Assembly: GCA_036504035.1 (NCBI GenBank)
Contig: DASXVV010000006.1
Span: forward strand, 418,793-442,792
DNA: 24,000 bases
Origin: Candidatus Deferrimicrobiaceae bacterium
GTDB taxonomy: Bacteria > Desulfobacterota > Deferrimicrobia > Deferrimicrobiales > Deferrimicrobiaceae
Reading direction: 5' to 3'
This document shows, piece after piece, positions 10,288-20,687 of the stretch (position 1 is the stretch's first letter; each line of letters opens with the position of its first letter). Under the pieces are notes generated by a model, which worked only from the letters and a program-made list of their open reading frames with translations, searched no databases and was not told where the DNA came from. Position numbers and translations under genes: made by a program.

Positions 10288-10714
10288 TGGGGGGAAACCG
10301 GGCTCCGAAGGGCCGCCGCCCGAACCGGTGGCAGGCGAGTCGCCCGCAAGCGCGGCGCTCTCGCTCCGGCCCGTCGAGCTCAAAATCTTTCTCAGCGCAG
10401 CGGTCATCCTGGGGCTGATCGCCCTGCTCGGAAGATACAAGATGCTCCCGGGCGCCCTGTGCGGCGCCGCCATCGCCTGCGGAAACTTCTTCCTCATGAG
10501 GAAGATCCTCGAAAAGGCGTTTACGGCGGGCGGAACGCTCGGCAAGGGGTTTGCCGTCCGGTACATCCTCAAGTTTCTCGGCCTGGTCGCGCTGGTCTTC
10601 CTCGTGATCCGGTCGGGGTGGTTCGATGCTGCGGGTTTCCTGCTCGGCCTGTCCGCCCTGTTCCTCGGCATCCTGCTCGAGGGACTGTCGCGGGCGATCG
10701 AAGCAAAGAATTAG
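10277..10714 (+). CDS. atpI: ATP synthase protein I
   Basis: 145-aa, 4-TM protein immediately before atpB. The GTG start at 10277 overlaps the atpZ end by 11 nt, with AAGGA 11 nt upstream. Assignment rests on position and topology; the start is uncertain. Confidence 0.7.
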   Translation: MVTDGGKPGSEGPPPEPVAGESPASAALSLRPVELKIFLSAAVILGLIALLGRYKMLPGALCGAAIACGNFFLMRKILEKAFTAGGTLGKGFAVRYILKFLGLVALVFLVIRSGWFDAAGFLLGLSALFLGILLEGLSRAIEAKN

Positions 10715-10737
10715 CTTTCTCTAGAAGGGGGTTGGCA

Positions 10738-11493
10738 ATGCGGAAATGGCTCTGGGGAATCACGGCGACCGCGCTGTTGCTGCCGGCGACCGCGATGGCG
10801 GCGGAACACGGGTTTACCTGGTTCCAGCTGCTGCCCGAAGGTGGACATCTCGCCCCGATCTACGCCTCCGTCACGATCGCCGTCCTGCTTGTGATTCTCT
10901 CGGTGCTCGTGGTCCGGTCGAAATCGACCGACGAGATGGTCATCCCCGACCCGAACTTCACGCTGCGCAACTTCCTCGAGCTGATCCTCTCCTTCCTCGT
11001 CGGCATCGCCGAAGACATCCTGGGGCACCACGCGAAGAAATACATGCCGCTGCTCGGCTCCTGCTTCATCTTCATCCTGTTCATGAACCTGCTGGGGCTC
11101 ATCCCCGGCTTCCTGCCGCCGACCGACAAGATGAACATCACCGTCGGGCTGGCGCTCGTCATCTTCCTGTCGACCCACTTCTTCGGCGTCAAGGAAAACG
11201 GTCTCGCCTATTTCAAGCATTTTCTCGGGCCCGTCTGGTGGCTCGGCTGGCTCTTCCTGCCGATCGAGATCATCTCGCACCTGGCCCGACCGATGTCGCT
11301 CTCGCTGCGTCTTTTCGGCAACATCAGCGGCGACCACGCCGTCGTCACCGGCTTCATGGCGCTGGTCCCCTTCGTTGTCCCCTCGATCTTCATGGGACTC
11401 GGTCTCTTCGTCGCGTTCATGCAGGCCTTCGTCTTCACCATCCTGTCCATGATCTACATCGCGGGCGCGGTGGTGCACGAAGAGGAGCACTAG
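10738..11493 (+). CDS. atpB: F0F1 ATP synthase F0 subunit a
   Basis: 251 aa containing the essential Arg motif (ARPMSLSLRLFGNISGDH) and a typical C-terminal helix (FVFTILSMIYIAGAV). SD AAGGGGG lies upstream of the ATG at 10738. Confidence 0.93.
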   Translation: MRKWLWGITATALLLPATAMAAEHGFTWFQLLPEGGHLAPIYASVTIAVLLVILSVLVVRSKSTDEMVIPDPNFTLRNFLELILSFLVGIAEDILGHHAKKYMPLLGSCFIFILFMNLLGLIPGFLPPTDKMNITVGLALVIFLSTHFFGVKENGLAYFKHFLGPVWWLGWLFLPIEIISHLARPMSLSLRLFGNISGDHAVVTGFMALVPFVVPSIFMGLGLFVAFMQAFVFTILSMIYIAGAVVHEEEH

Positions 11494-11575
11494 TCGCAAA
11501 GGCTTTTTGTCCGGCTCCACCCTGGCGGGCGGGCGGAACCACCCGTCGGGCAAAACATACAAGGGGGTACACCCA

Positions 11576-11914
11576 ATGTTCCGCAAAACCTTTCTCTTTT
11601 TCCTGACGTCGCTGGCACTTGTGCTGGCGGCTTCCGTGGCCTTCGCTGAAGGCGCCGCTCCCGCCGCTGCGGGCGCCGGCGACAGCTCCGTCAAGATGGT
11701 GATCGCTCTCGCTGCCGGCTTCGGCATCGCGATCGCCTCGTTCGGCGGTGCAATCGGCCAGGCCAAGGCGATCGCAGCGGGTCTGGAGGGAATTGCCCGC
11801 AATCCTTCCGCCCAGAACAAGATCTTCATCCCGATGATCGTCGGTCTCGCGCTGATCGAGTCCCTCGTCATCTACACCCTGGTCATCGCGTTCGTCCTCG
11901 TCGGCAAGCTCTAA
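11576..11914 (+). CDS. atpE: F0F1 ATP synthase F0 subunit c, with an N-terminal signal-peptide-like extension
   Basis: The C-terminal ~75 aa form a canonical c-subunit hairpin (GGAIGQAKA...GIARNP...GLALIESLVIYTLVIAF). An SD (AAGGGGG) precedes the ATG at 11576. The first ~25 aa look like a Sec signal (MFRKTFLFFLTSLALVLAASVAFA). Confidence 0.93.
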   Translation: MFRKTFLFFLTSLALVLAASVAFAEGAAPAAAGAGDSSVKMVIALAAGFGIAIASFGGAIGQAKAIAAGLEGIARNPSAQNKIFIPMIVGLALIESLVIYTLVIAFVLVGKL

Positions 11915-11960
11915 GACAAAGACGAAAAACCAGGGTCCGAAGATCCGGACCGAAAGAAAA

Positions 11961-11990
11961 GGCCCTCCCGGAAACGGGGGGGCCTTTTTT
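11961..11990 (+). terminator. Rho-independent terminator after atpE
   Basis: GGCCCTCCCG (11961-11970), GAAA loop, CGGGGGGGCC (11975-11984): a 10-bp stem with one G.U, followed by TTTTTT (11985-11990). A smaller hairpin precedes it (11934-11939 / 11946-11951). Confidence 0.8.
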
Positions 11991-12013
11991 GCGTTTTGCC
12001 GGACAGGGTTATA

Positions 12014-12574
12014 ATGTCGGCATCCAACCCAACCGGAGGGGCCGGCGTGCCTAAGATCGATCCGCTCGTCTTTACCGCGAAATTTCCCCATCGATGCGAC
12101 CTCGCCGCCTGCGGCAGCAAGTGCTGCGCGCACGGCGTCTGGACCGACCGCGAGGAGTCCCGCGAAATCCTCGCCCACCAGGAACTGTTCAAGCCGTGGG
12201 TGCGGCCCGAGGCGGCCGACCCGGTGTGCTGGTTCGGGGTATCCGAGCCCGACGAGGATTGCCCCAGCGGCGTTGCGGTCGAGACGCAGGCGATCGGCGG
12301 GGCGTGCGCCCTGTTCCACCCCGACCACGGATGCGCGATCCAAAAAGGGGCGATCGAGGCGGGCTTCGACGGCTGGCGCTTCAAGCCGCGCTTCTGCATC
12401 ATGTTCCCGCTCGTCGTCACGGGCGGCCTTCTCACCGTCGATGAGGATATGAAGATGCTTTGGTGCATGCAGCCCGAGAACCGCACGCGCCCGATTCTTT
12501 CCGCCGTCGAAGCCGAGGTTCGGAAACTGTTCGAACCGCACGTCGTGGAGAAGCTGCTGGGGAAGGGGCCATGA
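12014..12574 (+). CDS. DUF3109-like cysteine-rich protein (CDLxxCxxxCC motif; YkgJ/UPF0153-related putative metal/Fe-S binding)
   Basis: The sequence F.HRCDLAACGSKCCAHGVW...GGACALFHPDHGCAIQKGAIEAG....KPRFCIMFPL resembles DUF3109 as I remember it. High GC3. Start is ambiguous: ATG 12014 overlaps a TATAAT at 12010-12015, while GTG 12047 lies 6 nt after GGAGGG (12035-12040). Confidence 0.7.
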   Translation: MSASNPTGGAGVPKIDPLVFTAKFPHRCDLAACGSKCCAHGVWTDREESREILAHQELFKPWVRPEAADPVCWFGVSEPDEDCPSGVAVETQAIGGACALFHPDHGCAIQKGAIEAGFDGWRFKPRFCIMFPLVVTGGLLTVDEDMKMLWCMQPENRTRPILSAVEAEVRKLFEPHVVEKLLGKGP

Positions 12575-12914
12575 ACTTCCGGTGCTTTAGGCCGCTTTCC
12601 CGAGGCGTAGGTTGGCGCGTGGCTCCCCGGCTAAGCGCCACGCGGGGGCTCCCTTCCCGGGGGACGACTTGCCGGCCCTTCCATGGACCGCCTGCGTCTC
12701 CCTGAGGCGATTCTCCGGCATCCATGCCTCCCGGATCGCCTCAGAGGCCCCCGTCCAGGGACCCCCGCTTGGGCGTACGCCGGGGAGCGTGAGGCCGCGG
12801 TGTCCGTAAACCGATCCGGGGCCTGGTGCCGAAAGGAGCTTTTTTTTTCCGAAACACCGCGCCTACGCAATACCCCGGCGTGCGCAGCGGCTCCGGGCAC
12901 ATTTCGCGTGCATC

Positions 12915-12928
12915 TTGACGCGGGTCAA
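12915..12928. promoter_or_regulatory. FNR/CRP-family (HcpR/Dnr-like) binding box upstream of hcp
   Basis: Perfect inverted repeat TTGAC-GCGG-GTCAA. TATCCT at 12951-12956 is a plausible -10. It would put the TSS near 12963 and the box centre at -41.5, which is class II activator geometry. Confidence 0.5.
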
Positions 12929-13003
12929 GGTCATCCCACACGCGACGGGTTATCCTGCCGTCATCATGTCGTTCAATTTCAACCGAAATGAAAAACGAGG
13001 AGG

Positions 13004-14662
13004 ATGACGATGGGCATGTTCTGTAACCAGTGCGAACAGGCGAAGGGCGGGACGGGATGCGACCTTGTGGGCGTCTGCGGGAAGAAGCCGGACGTCGCGG
13101 CGCTCCAGGACCTGCTGCTCTTTGCGCTCAAGGGCATCTCGATCTATGCCGACAAGGCACGTTCGTTCGGGGCGCGCGACGAAGCGATCGACCTGTTCGT
13201 CATCGAGGGACTCTTCACCATGGTGACCAACGTCAACTTCGACCCGGAGCGGATCGAGTTGGTGATCCGCAAGGCCTTCGAGATGAAGGAAAAAGCGAAG
13301 CAGATCTACGTCGAGGCCGCAACGGCCAAGATGGGCGCCGCTCCGCCTCCAAGCCGCATCGATGCCGCCAACTGGGTCCCTGCCGACGACCTTGCCGGGC
13401 TGATCGCCCAGGGTGAGCAGCACGGGATCAACACCCAGAACGCAGATCCCGACGTCCGCTCGGCCATCGAGACCCTGGTCTACGGCCTCAAGGGGATGGC
13501 CGCTTATGCCGACCACGCCTACATCCTGGGGGCGAAGGACGACGAGATCTTCGGCTTCACCGAGAAGGCGCTGGCGGCGACCACCGACCATTCGCTGGGG
13601 CTCATGGAATTCGTCGGGCTGATCCTGGAATGCGGCCGCGTCAACCTCAAGACGATGGAAATCCTCTCCAACGCGCACACCGGTCGTTACGGGCACCCGG
13701 TTCCGACGCCGGTCAACCTGGGGACGAAGGCGGGCAAGGCGATCCTCGTTTCCGGCCACGACCTGCTCGACCTCGAGGAGTTGCTGAAGCAGACCGAGGG
13801 CAAGGGGATCTCCATCTACACGCACGGCGAAATGATCCCGGCGCACGGCTACCCCGGCCTCAAGAAGTACAAGCACCTCGCGGGCAACTACGGCGGCGCG
13901 TGGCAGGACCAGGCCAAGGAATTCGCGCAGTTCCCCGGCGCGATCCTGATGACGACCAACTGCATCCAGAAACCGGCGCAGTCTTACATGGACAACATCT
14001 TCACCAGCGGGCTGGTCGCGTGGCCCGGTGTGAAGCACATCGCCGACCGCAACTTCGCCCCGGTCATCGCGCGGGCGCTCTCGCTTCCCGGATTTTCCGA
14101 GGCGCCGGGGAAGGACATCCTCGTGGGCTTCGGCCACAACGCCGTGCTCGGCGTCGCCGACCAGGTGATCGCGGGCGTCAAGGCGGGCGCGATCAAGCGC
14201 TTCTTCCTGATCGGCGGCTGCGATGGCGCCAAGCCGGGCCGCAACTACTTCACCGAGTTTGCGGAGGCCGTGCCCAAGGACTGCGTGATCCTGACGCTCG
14301 CCTGCGGCAAGTTCCGCTTCAACAAGCTCGACTTCGGCGACATCGGCGGCATCCCGCGGCTGCTCGACGTCGGGCAGTGCAACGACGCCTATTCGGCCAT
14401 CCAGATCGCGCTCGCGCTGGCCGGCGCCTTCGACTGCGGCGTCAACGACCTGCCGCTGTCGTTCATCCTCTCCTGGTACGAACAGAAGGCGGTCGTCATC
14501 CTGCTCACGCTGTTCCACCTCGGCGTCAAGAACATCAAGCTCGGGCCGGCGCTGCCCGCGTTCATCACGCCCAACGTCCTCGACTTCCTGGTTGCCAACT
14601 TCAACATCGCGCCGATCGGGAATGCGCAGGACGACCTGAAGCAGATCATGGGGCAGGCGTAG
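13004..14662 (+). CDS. hcp: Hybrid-cluster protein / hydroxylamine reductase (class I)
   Basis: 552 aa. The N-terminal Cx2Cx8Cx5C pattern (CNQCEQAKGGTGCDLVGVC) is the class-I spacing, and the body is Hcp-like throughout (GHDL.DLE.LL.QT.G.GI..YTHGEM; LLDVGQCNDAYSAI). SD GAGGAGG is at 12997-13003. The true start may be ATG 13010 or 13016 rather than 13004. Confidence 0.95.
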   Translation: MTMGMFCNQCEQAKGGTGCDLVGVCGKKPDVAALQDLLLFALKGISIYADKARSFGARDEAIDLFVIEGLFTMVTNVNFDPERIELVIRKAFEMKEKAKQIYVEAATAKMGAAPPPSRIDAANWVPADDLAGLIAQGEQHGINTQNADPDVRSAIETLVYGLKGMAAYADHAYILGAKDDEIFGFTEKALAATTDHSLGLMEFVGLILECGRVNLKTMEILSNAHTGRYGHPVPTPVNLGTKAGKAILVSGHDLLDLEELLKQTEGKGISIYTHGEMIPAHGYPGLKKYKHLAGNYGGAWQDQAKEFAQFPGAILMTTNCIQKPAQSYMDNIFTSGLVAWPGVKHIADRNFAPVIARALSLPGFSEAPGKDILVGFGHNAVLGVADQVIAGVKAGAIKRFFLIGGCDGAKPGRNYFTEFAEAVPKDCVILTLACGKFRFNKLDFGDIGGIPRLLDVGQCNDAYSAIQIALALAGAFDCGVNDLPLSFILSWYEQKAVVILLTLFHLGVKNIKLGPALPAFITPNVLDFLVANFNIAPIGNAQDDLKQIMGQA

Positions 14663-14694
14663 GTCCGGCCGAAAAAGTCGGAGTCATCGCAAAC

Positions 14695-14727
14695 GGCGGG
14701 GGGAGGCCTTCAGCGGCTCCCCCCGTT
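14695..14727. terminator. GC-rich hairpin between the convergent genes hcp and the orphan gene (possible bidirectional terminator)
   Basis: CGGGGGGAG(G)CC (14697-14708) pairs with GGCTCCCCCCG (15-25 of the 147xx decade, i.e. 14715-14725) around loop TTCAGC. U-tracts are weak on both strands (CCGUUUGCG on the minus strand). Confidence 0.4.
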
Positions 14728-15883
14728 ACCTTTCGGACCAATCGACGATATTTTCCCGTTGCAGGATCTCGGCCCGGCACTTCTTGAACGCCTCCATGCT
14801 GCGCTGCTGCTGTTTCCCGAGCGCTTCGACCGCCTTCAGCTGCTGGTCGGCGATCTCGATCTGCTGGAGGATCCGCTGCCGGCTCAGCGCCCAGTCGGTG
14901 GCGCTGTAGCCGTACTTGACGAGGAAGTCGCCGAAAGCGACCGGGAGGGTGCTCATCCCCGCCGCCTCCAGCAGCGATTCCATCTCCTTCCCGAAGACGA
15001 AGCCATGCAGGTCGACCATGGGAAAATCCTGGTTGATGATGGCGCCGACTTCCGGGTCGCGGATCGCCTCCGCCAGGTACCGGTCGCCTTCGCCCTCGAT
15101 CATGGCGATCTCGCTGACGGCGTTCATGAACTGCTCATAGTAGCCGATCCCCTCGGCCCCCGCGTTGGACCATCCCGGGATGCGCGCCTTCGAGATCAGG
15201 CGGGTCGCCTTGTCGTAGGACCGGGAGGTGACTTCCAGCTTCGACACGAGCTTGTTGAAATTCTTCTGCCCGTATTTTCCGATCAGCTGCCCCTCCATGT
15301 TGTTGAGGCCGGTCCGGAGCTCGGTCGCCCGCGCGACGCGCTTGTCGAGCGCGGCGGTGCAGGAGGCGACCACCGCCTCGACGCCCGCCATGGCCGCATC
15401 CTTCCACGCCTGGTCGTTCTTCTCGGTCCACTCCGCGAGCTGCGCCTGCGCCTTCTCGATCTCCTTGCCGTACCGCTTGTTCGCGTCGATGTCCTGCTGA
15501 AGCTGGCCGTAAGTCTTGCAGCAGGCCGCGACCTCCGCATCGGCACCCGACGCGAACGCCACCCGGAGCCGCCGGACGGACGCCAGCTCGTTTTCGATCC
15601 CTTCCTTCGCCTTCTCGGCTTTGTCCTTCGCCTTCCGCGCATTCACGGCCGCTTGCCGGGCGGTCGCCTCGCTTCCCTTTCCGGCCTCCCGCGCCTGGTC
15701 TGCGAGCCGGTCGGCCTTCCCTGCCGTCCCCTCGTATCGGACGATCCGCTCCTTCACCTCGGCGAGCTTCGCTTCGAGCTTGGCCGTGACGTCGTCCAGC
15801 CAGAGGTCGCTCGGCGTGGCGGAATAGGCGGACGATACGAAAGCGGAGGACACGAAGAGCAGGGCGATCAGGAAGCGTTTCAT
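14726..15883 (-). CDS. Hypothetical exported coiled-coil protein (no family recognised)
   Basis: 385 aa with a Sec signal (MKRFLIALLFVSSAFVSSAYS|A). The N-terminal half is a long Ala/Lys/Glu/Gln-rich heptad-like segment and the C-terminal ~190 aa look globular. Codon usage is native high-GC3. The ATG at 15881-15883 overlaps the hslO TGA (ATGA). Confidence 0.8.
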   Translation of the reverse strand: MKRFLIALLFVSSAFVSSAYSATPSDLWLDDVTAKLEAKLAEVKERIVRYEGTAGKADRLADQAREAGKGSEATARQAAVNARKAKDKAEKAKEGIENELASVRRLRVAFASGADAEVAACCKTYGQLQQDIDANKRYGKEIEKAQAQLAEWTEKNDQAWKDAAMAGVEAVVASCTAALDKRVARATELRTGLNNMEGQLIGKYGQKNFNKLVSKLEVTSRSYDKATRLISKARIPGWSNAGAEGIGYYEQFMNAVSEIAMIEGEGDRYLAEAIRDPEVGAIINQDFPMVDLHGFVFGKEMESLLEAAGMSTLPVAFGDFLVKYGYSATDWALSRQRILQQIEIADQQLKAVEALGKQQQRSMEAFKKCRAEILQRENIVDWSER

Positions 15884-16764
15884 CCGGGTTCAACCTCCGT
15901 CCCGGACGAAGCCAGGTCGCGGATCGCCTCGGGGGTGATCTCGTAGACCGTCCGGCAGAATTCGCACGTCACGACCACGGGCTCTCCCTTTTCGGAGAGC
16001 TCTTCGCGGTCGGCCATCGGCAGCGCCGCCAGCGCATTGAGCACCCGCTCGCGGCTGCAGGGGCAGAAGTAGCGCGGCTCCTTGCGTTCGAGGATGTCGA
16101 ACGGGATGCCGATCGCCTCCTTGAGCATCTCCTCGGGCGTCATGCCGTCGCGCAGCATCGCCGTGACCGGCTTCGTCTCGGTGATACGATGCTCGAGGAA
16201 TTCGAGCATCAGGTCGTCGGCCCCGGGAAGCGCCTGGAGCATGTACCCGCCGGCCGCGCCCACCGAGCCGTCCGGATCGATGAAGACCCCAAGCGCGACC
16301 GCCGACGGGATCTGCTCGGACACGTGCAGGTAATGCGCGAGGTCCTCGGCAAGCTCGCCGGTCTGCATCGGCACGCTGCCCCGATAGTTTTGCCGGACCC
16401 CCAGGTCGCGCACGACGCTGAGAATGCCCTTCCCGACCGCACCCCCGACATCGATCCGGCCGTCAGGAAGATAGAGATCGGCGTGCGGCTGCTTGACGTA
16501 GCCGCGGGTACGCCCGGCGGCATCGCCCTCGGCGACGATCCCGCCCAGCGGGCCGTCGCCCGCCACCTGGAGGATGACGCGCTGGCCCTCCTTGAGCATG
16601 GCCGAAAACAGCAGCGCGCCGCCCAGAGCTCTCCCGAGCGCCACCGCCGCGGTCGGATGGCAGTCGTGGATCCGGGCGGCCTCCGCCACCGCCGCCGTGC
16701 AAGAGACGCCGACGACCAGCAGCGGCGCCCCTTTGGCCGTTCCCTTGATCAGTTGGTCGCCCAC
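15880..16764 (-). CDS. hslO: Hsp33 redox-regulated chaperone
   Basis: 294 aa with the Hsp33 fold pattern and the C-terminal zinc redox switch CxC...CxxC (YFCPCSRERV...VTCEFCRTVYEI). The GTG start at 16762-16764 lies 5 nt after AAGGAG. Confidence 0.93.
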   Translation of the reverse strand: MGDQLIKGTAKGAPLLVVGVSCTAAVAEAARIHDCHPTAAVALGRALGGALLFSAMLKEGQRVILQVAGDGPLGGIVAEGDAAGRTRGYVKQPHADLYLPDGRIDVGGAVGKGILSVVRDLGVRQNYRGSVPMQTGELAEDLAHYLHVSEQIPSAVALGVFIDPDGSVGAAGGYMLQALPGADDLMLEFLEHRITETKPVTAMLRDGMTPEEMLKEAIGIPFDILERKEPRYFCPCSRERVLNALAALPMADREELSEKGEPVVVTCEFCRTVYEITPEAIRDLASSGTEVEPG

Positions 16765-16845
16765 TTCTGCTCCTTTTCGATCTTCATCGGACGCGAATCC
16801 TTCCGGGAGATGCCCCGCAAAACCGACACTCGAGGAGAAGGGCCT

Positions 16846-19683
<2,838 letters not shown>

Positions 19684-19688
19684 GGGAG

Positions 19689-20687
19689 CTACACCCTCCG
19701 GGCGGCGGCGGCCATGCCCGCAGCCATGCGAAGGGCCGCGACGAGGCTGCCGGGACCGGCCTTCCCGGTTCCCGCGATGTCGAACGCGGTGCCGTGATCG
19801 ACCGACGTGCGGATGATCGGCAATCCCATCGTCACGTTGACGCCGTCGTCGAAGTGGACGAGCTTCAGCGGGGCGAGGCCGACGTCGTGCGTCATGGCGA
19901 CGACCACGTCGAACTGCCCCCGGTAGGCCCGGTAAAAGATCGTATCGGGCGGGTAAGGACCCGTGGCGCCGATGCCGTCCCGGACGCACGCCGCGATGGC
20001 CGGGGCGATGATCGTCGATTCCTCGTCGCCGAAGAGGCCGCCCTCGCCGGCATGAGGATTGAGCCCCGCGACCGCGATGCGCGGCGCCGGCGTCGCCATG
20101 TATTTACGGAAAAAGGCGTCGGTGATCCGGATGGTCCTTTCGACGAGCGGCGCGTCGATCCGCGCGATGGCGTTGAGCAGCGACGTGTGGATCGTGACGA
20201 GCGCCACGCGAAGGCGGTCGCCGGCGAGCATCATGACGACGTGGTCCGTCCCGCACATCCGCGCGATGAATTCGGTATGGCCCGGGTGCGGGACGCCTGC
20301 CAGCTTCAATCCCTCTTTCGTGATCGGACAGGTGACGATGGCGTCCATCTCGCCGGCGCGGACGTCGGCGGTGGCCGCCCGGATGTAATCGGCGGTCGCC
20401 CGGGCGCCCGGGAGCGTGGTGACGCCGTATGGGGCATCGGCCAGCTCGAGGGAAGAGGCGGGACGAACCCAGACCGCGCCGGGCCCGGGCTCGGCGCCGG
20501 GAGGCAGCGGCTCGACCGCCGCGCTGCAGCCGGTGACGGCGGCCGCTCGCCGCATCACGGAGAGGTCGCCGTAGACGACGGGACGGCAGATCGACGCGAC
20601 CTCGTGCATCGTCAGTGCGCGGCAGGCGATCTCGGGCCCGACGCCGCCCGGCTCGCCCATCGTCACTGCGAGGCGGGGGAGCGTCAT
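19689..20687 (-). CDS. pdxA: 4-hydroxythreonine-4-phosphate dehydrogenase
   Basis: 332 aa with PdxA motifs ([11 protein letters not shown]; GHTEF; [11 protein letters not shown]; [13 protein letters not shown]). The ATG at 20685-20687 overlaps the upstream gene's stop (ATGA). Confidence 0.92.
   Translation of the reverse strand: MTLPRLAVTMGEPGGVGPEIACRALTMHEVASICRPVVYGDLSVMRRAAAVTGCSAAVEPLPPGAEPGPGAVWVRPASSLELADAPYGVTTLPGARATADYIRAATADVRAGEMDAIVTCPITKEGLKLAGVPHPGHTEFIARMCGTDHVVMMLAGDRLRVALVTIHTSLLNAIARIDAPLVERTIRITDAFFRKYMATPAPRIAVAGLNPHAGEGGLFGDEESTIIAPAIAACVRDGIGATGPYPPDTIFYRAYRGQFDVVVAMTHDVGLAPLKLVHFDDGVNVTMGLPIIRTSVDHGTAFDIAGTGKAGPGSLVAALRMAAGMAAAARRV

Noticed and set aside
12840-12848. 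T9 run as an intrinsic terminator
   Set aside because: No GC-rich hairpin abuts the T-tract. The preceding GGAGC has no upstream GCTCC partner and only 2-5 bp alternatives exist. On the minus strand it is an A-tract.
12821-12909. Sigma54 -24/-12 promoters (TGGTGCCGAAAGGAGC at ~12824-12839; GGGCACATTTCGCGT at ~12895-12909)
   Set aside because: The GG-to-GC spacing is off by one or more, and the -12 TTGC element is absent in both cases.
12575-12914. Known structured RNAs (RNase P, tmRNA, SRP/4.5S, 6S, and common riboswitches such as cobalamin, c-di-GMP, SAM, fluoride) in the unassigned region
   Set aside because: None of the signature strings I know was present on either strand (GGAAAGUCC, the ACCAGGUCCGGAAGGAAGCAGCC-like helix 8, the tmRNA tRNA-like ends, the B12 box, and similar). 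This is an eye-scan only, so Infernal should still be run.
12966-13007. 13-codon upstream ORF (MSFNFNRNEKRGG) whose TGA overlaps the hcp ATG at 13004
   Set aside because: Its ATG would lie at about +4 of the predicted transcript, with no SD. The segment is simply the AT-rich leader containing the hcp SD, and nothing suggests a regulatory leader peptide. It is worth revisiting only if Ribo-seq shows occupancy.
12950-14518. 522-aa ORF antisense to hcp
   Set aside because: Shadow ORF opposite a strongly supported gene, with low-complexity Arg/Asp/Gly/Val composition.
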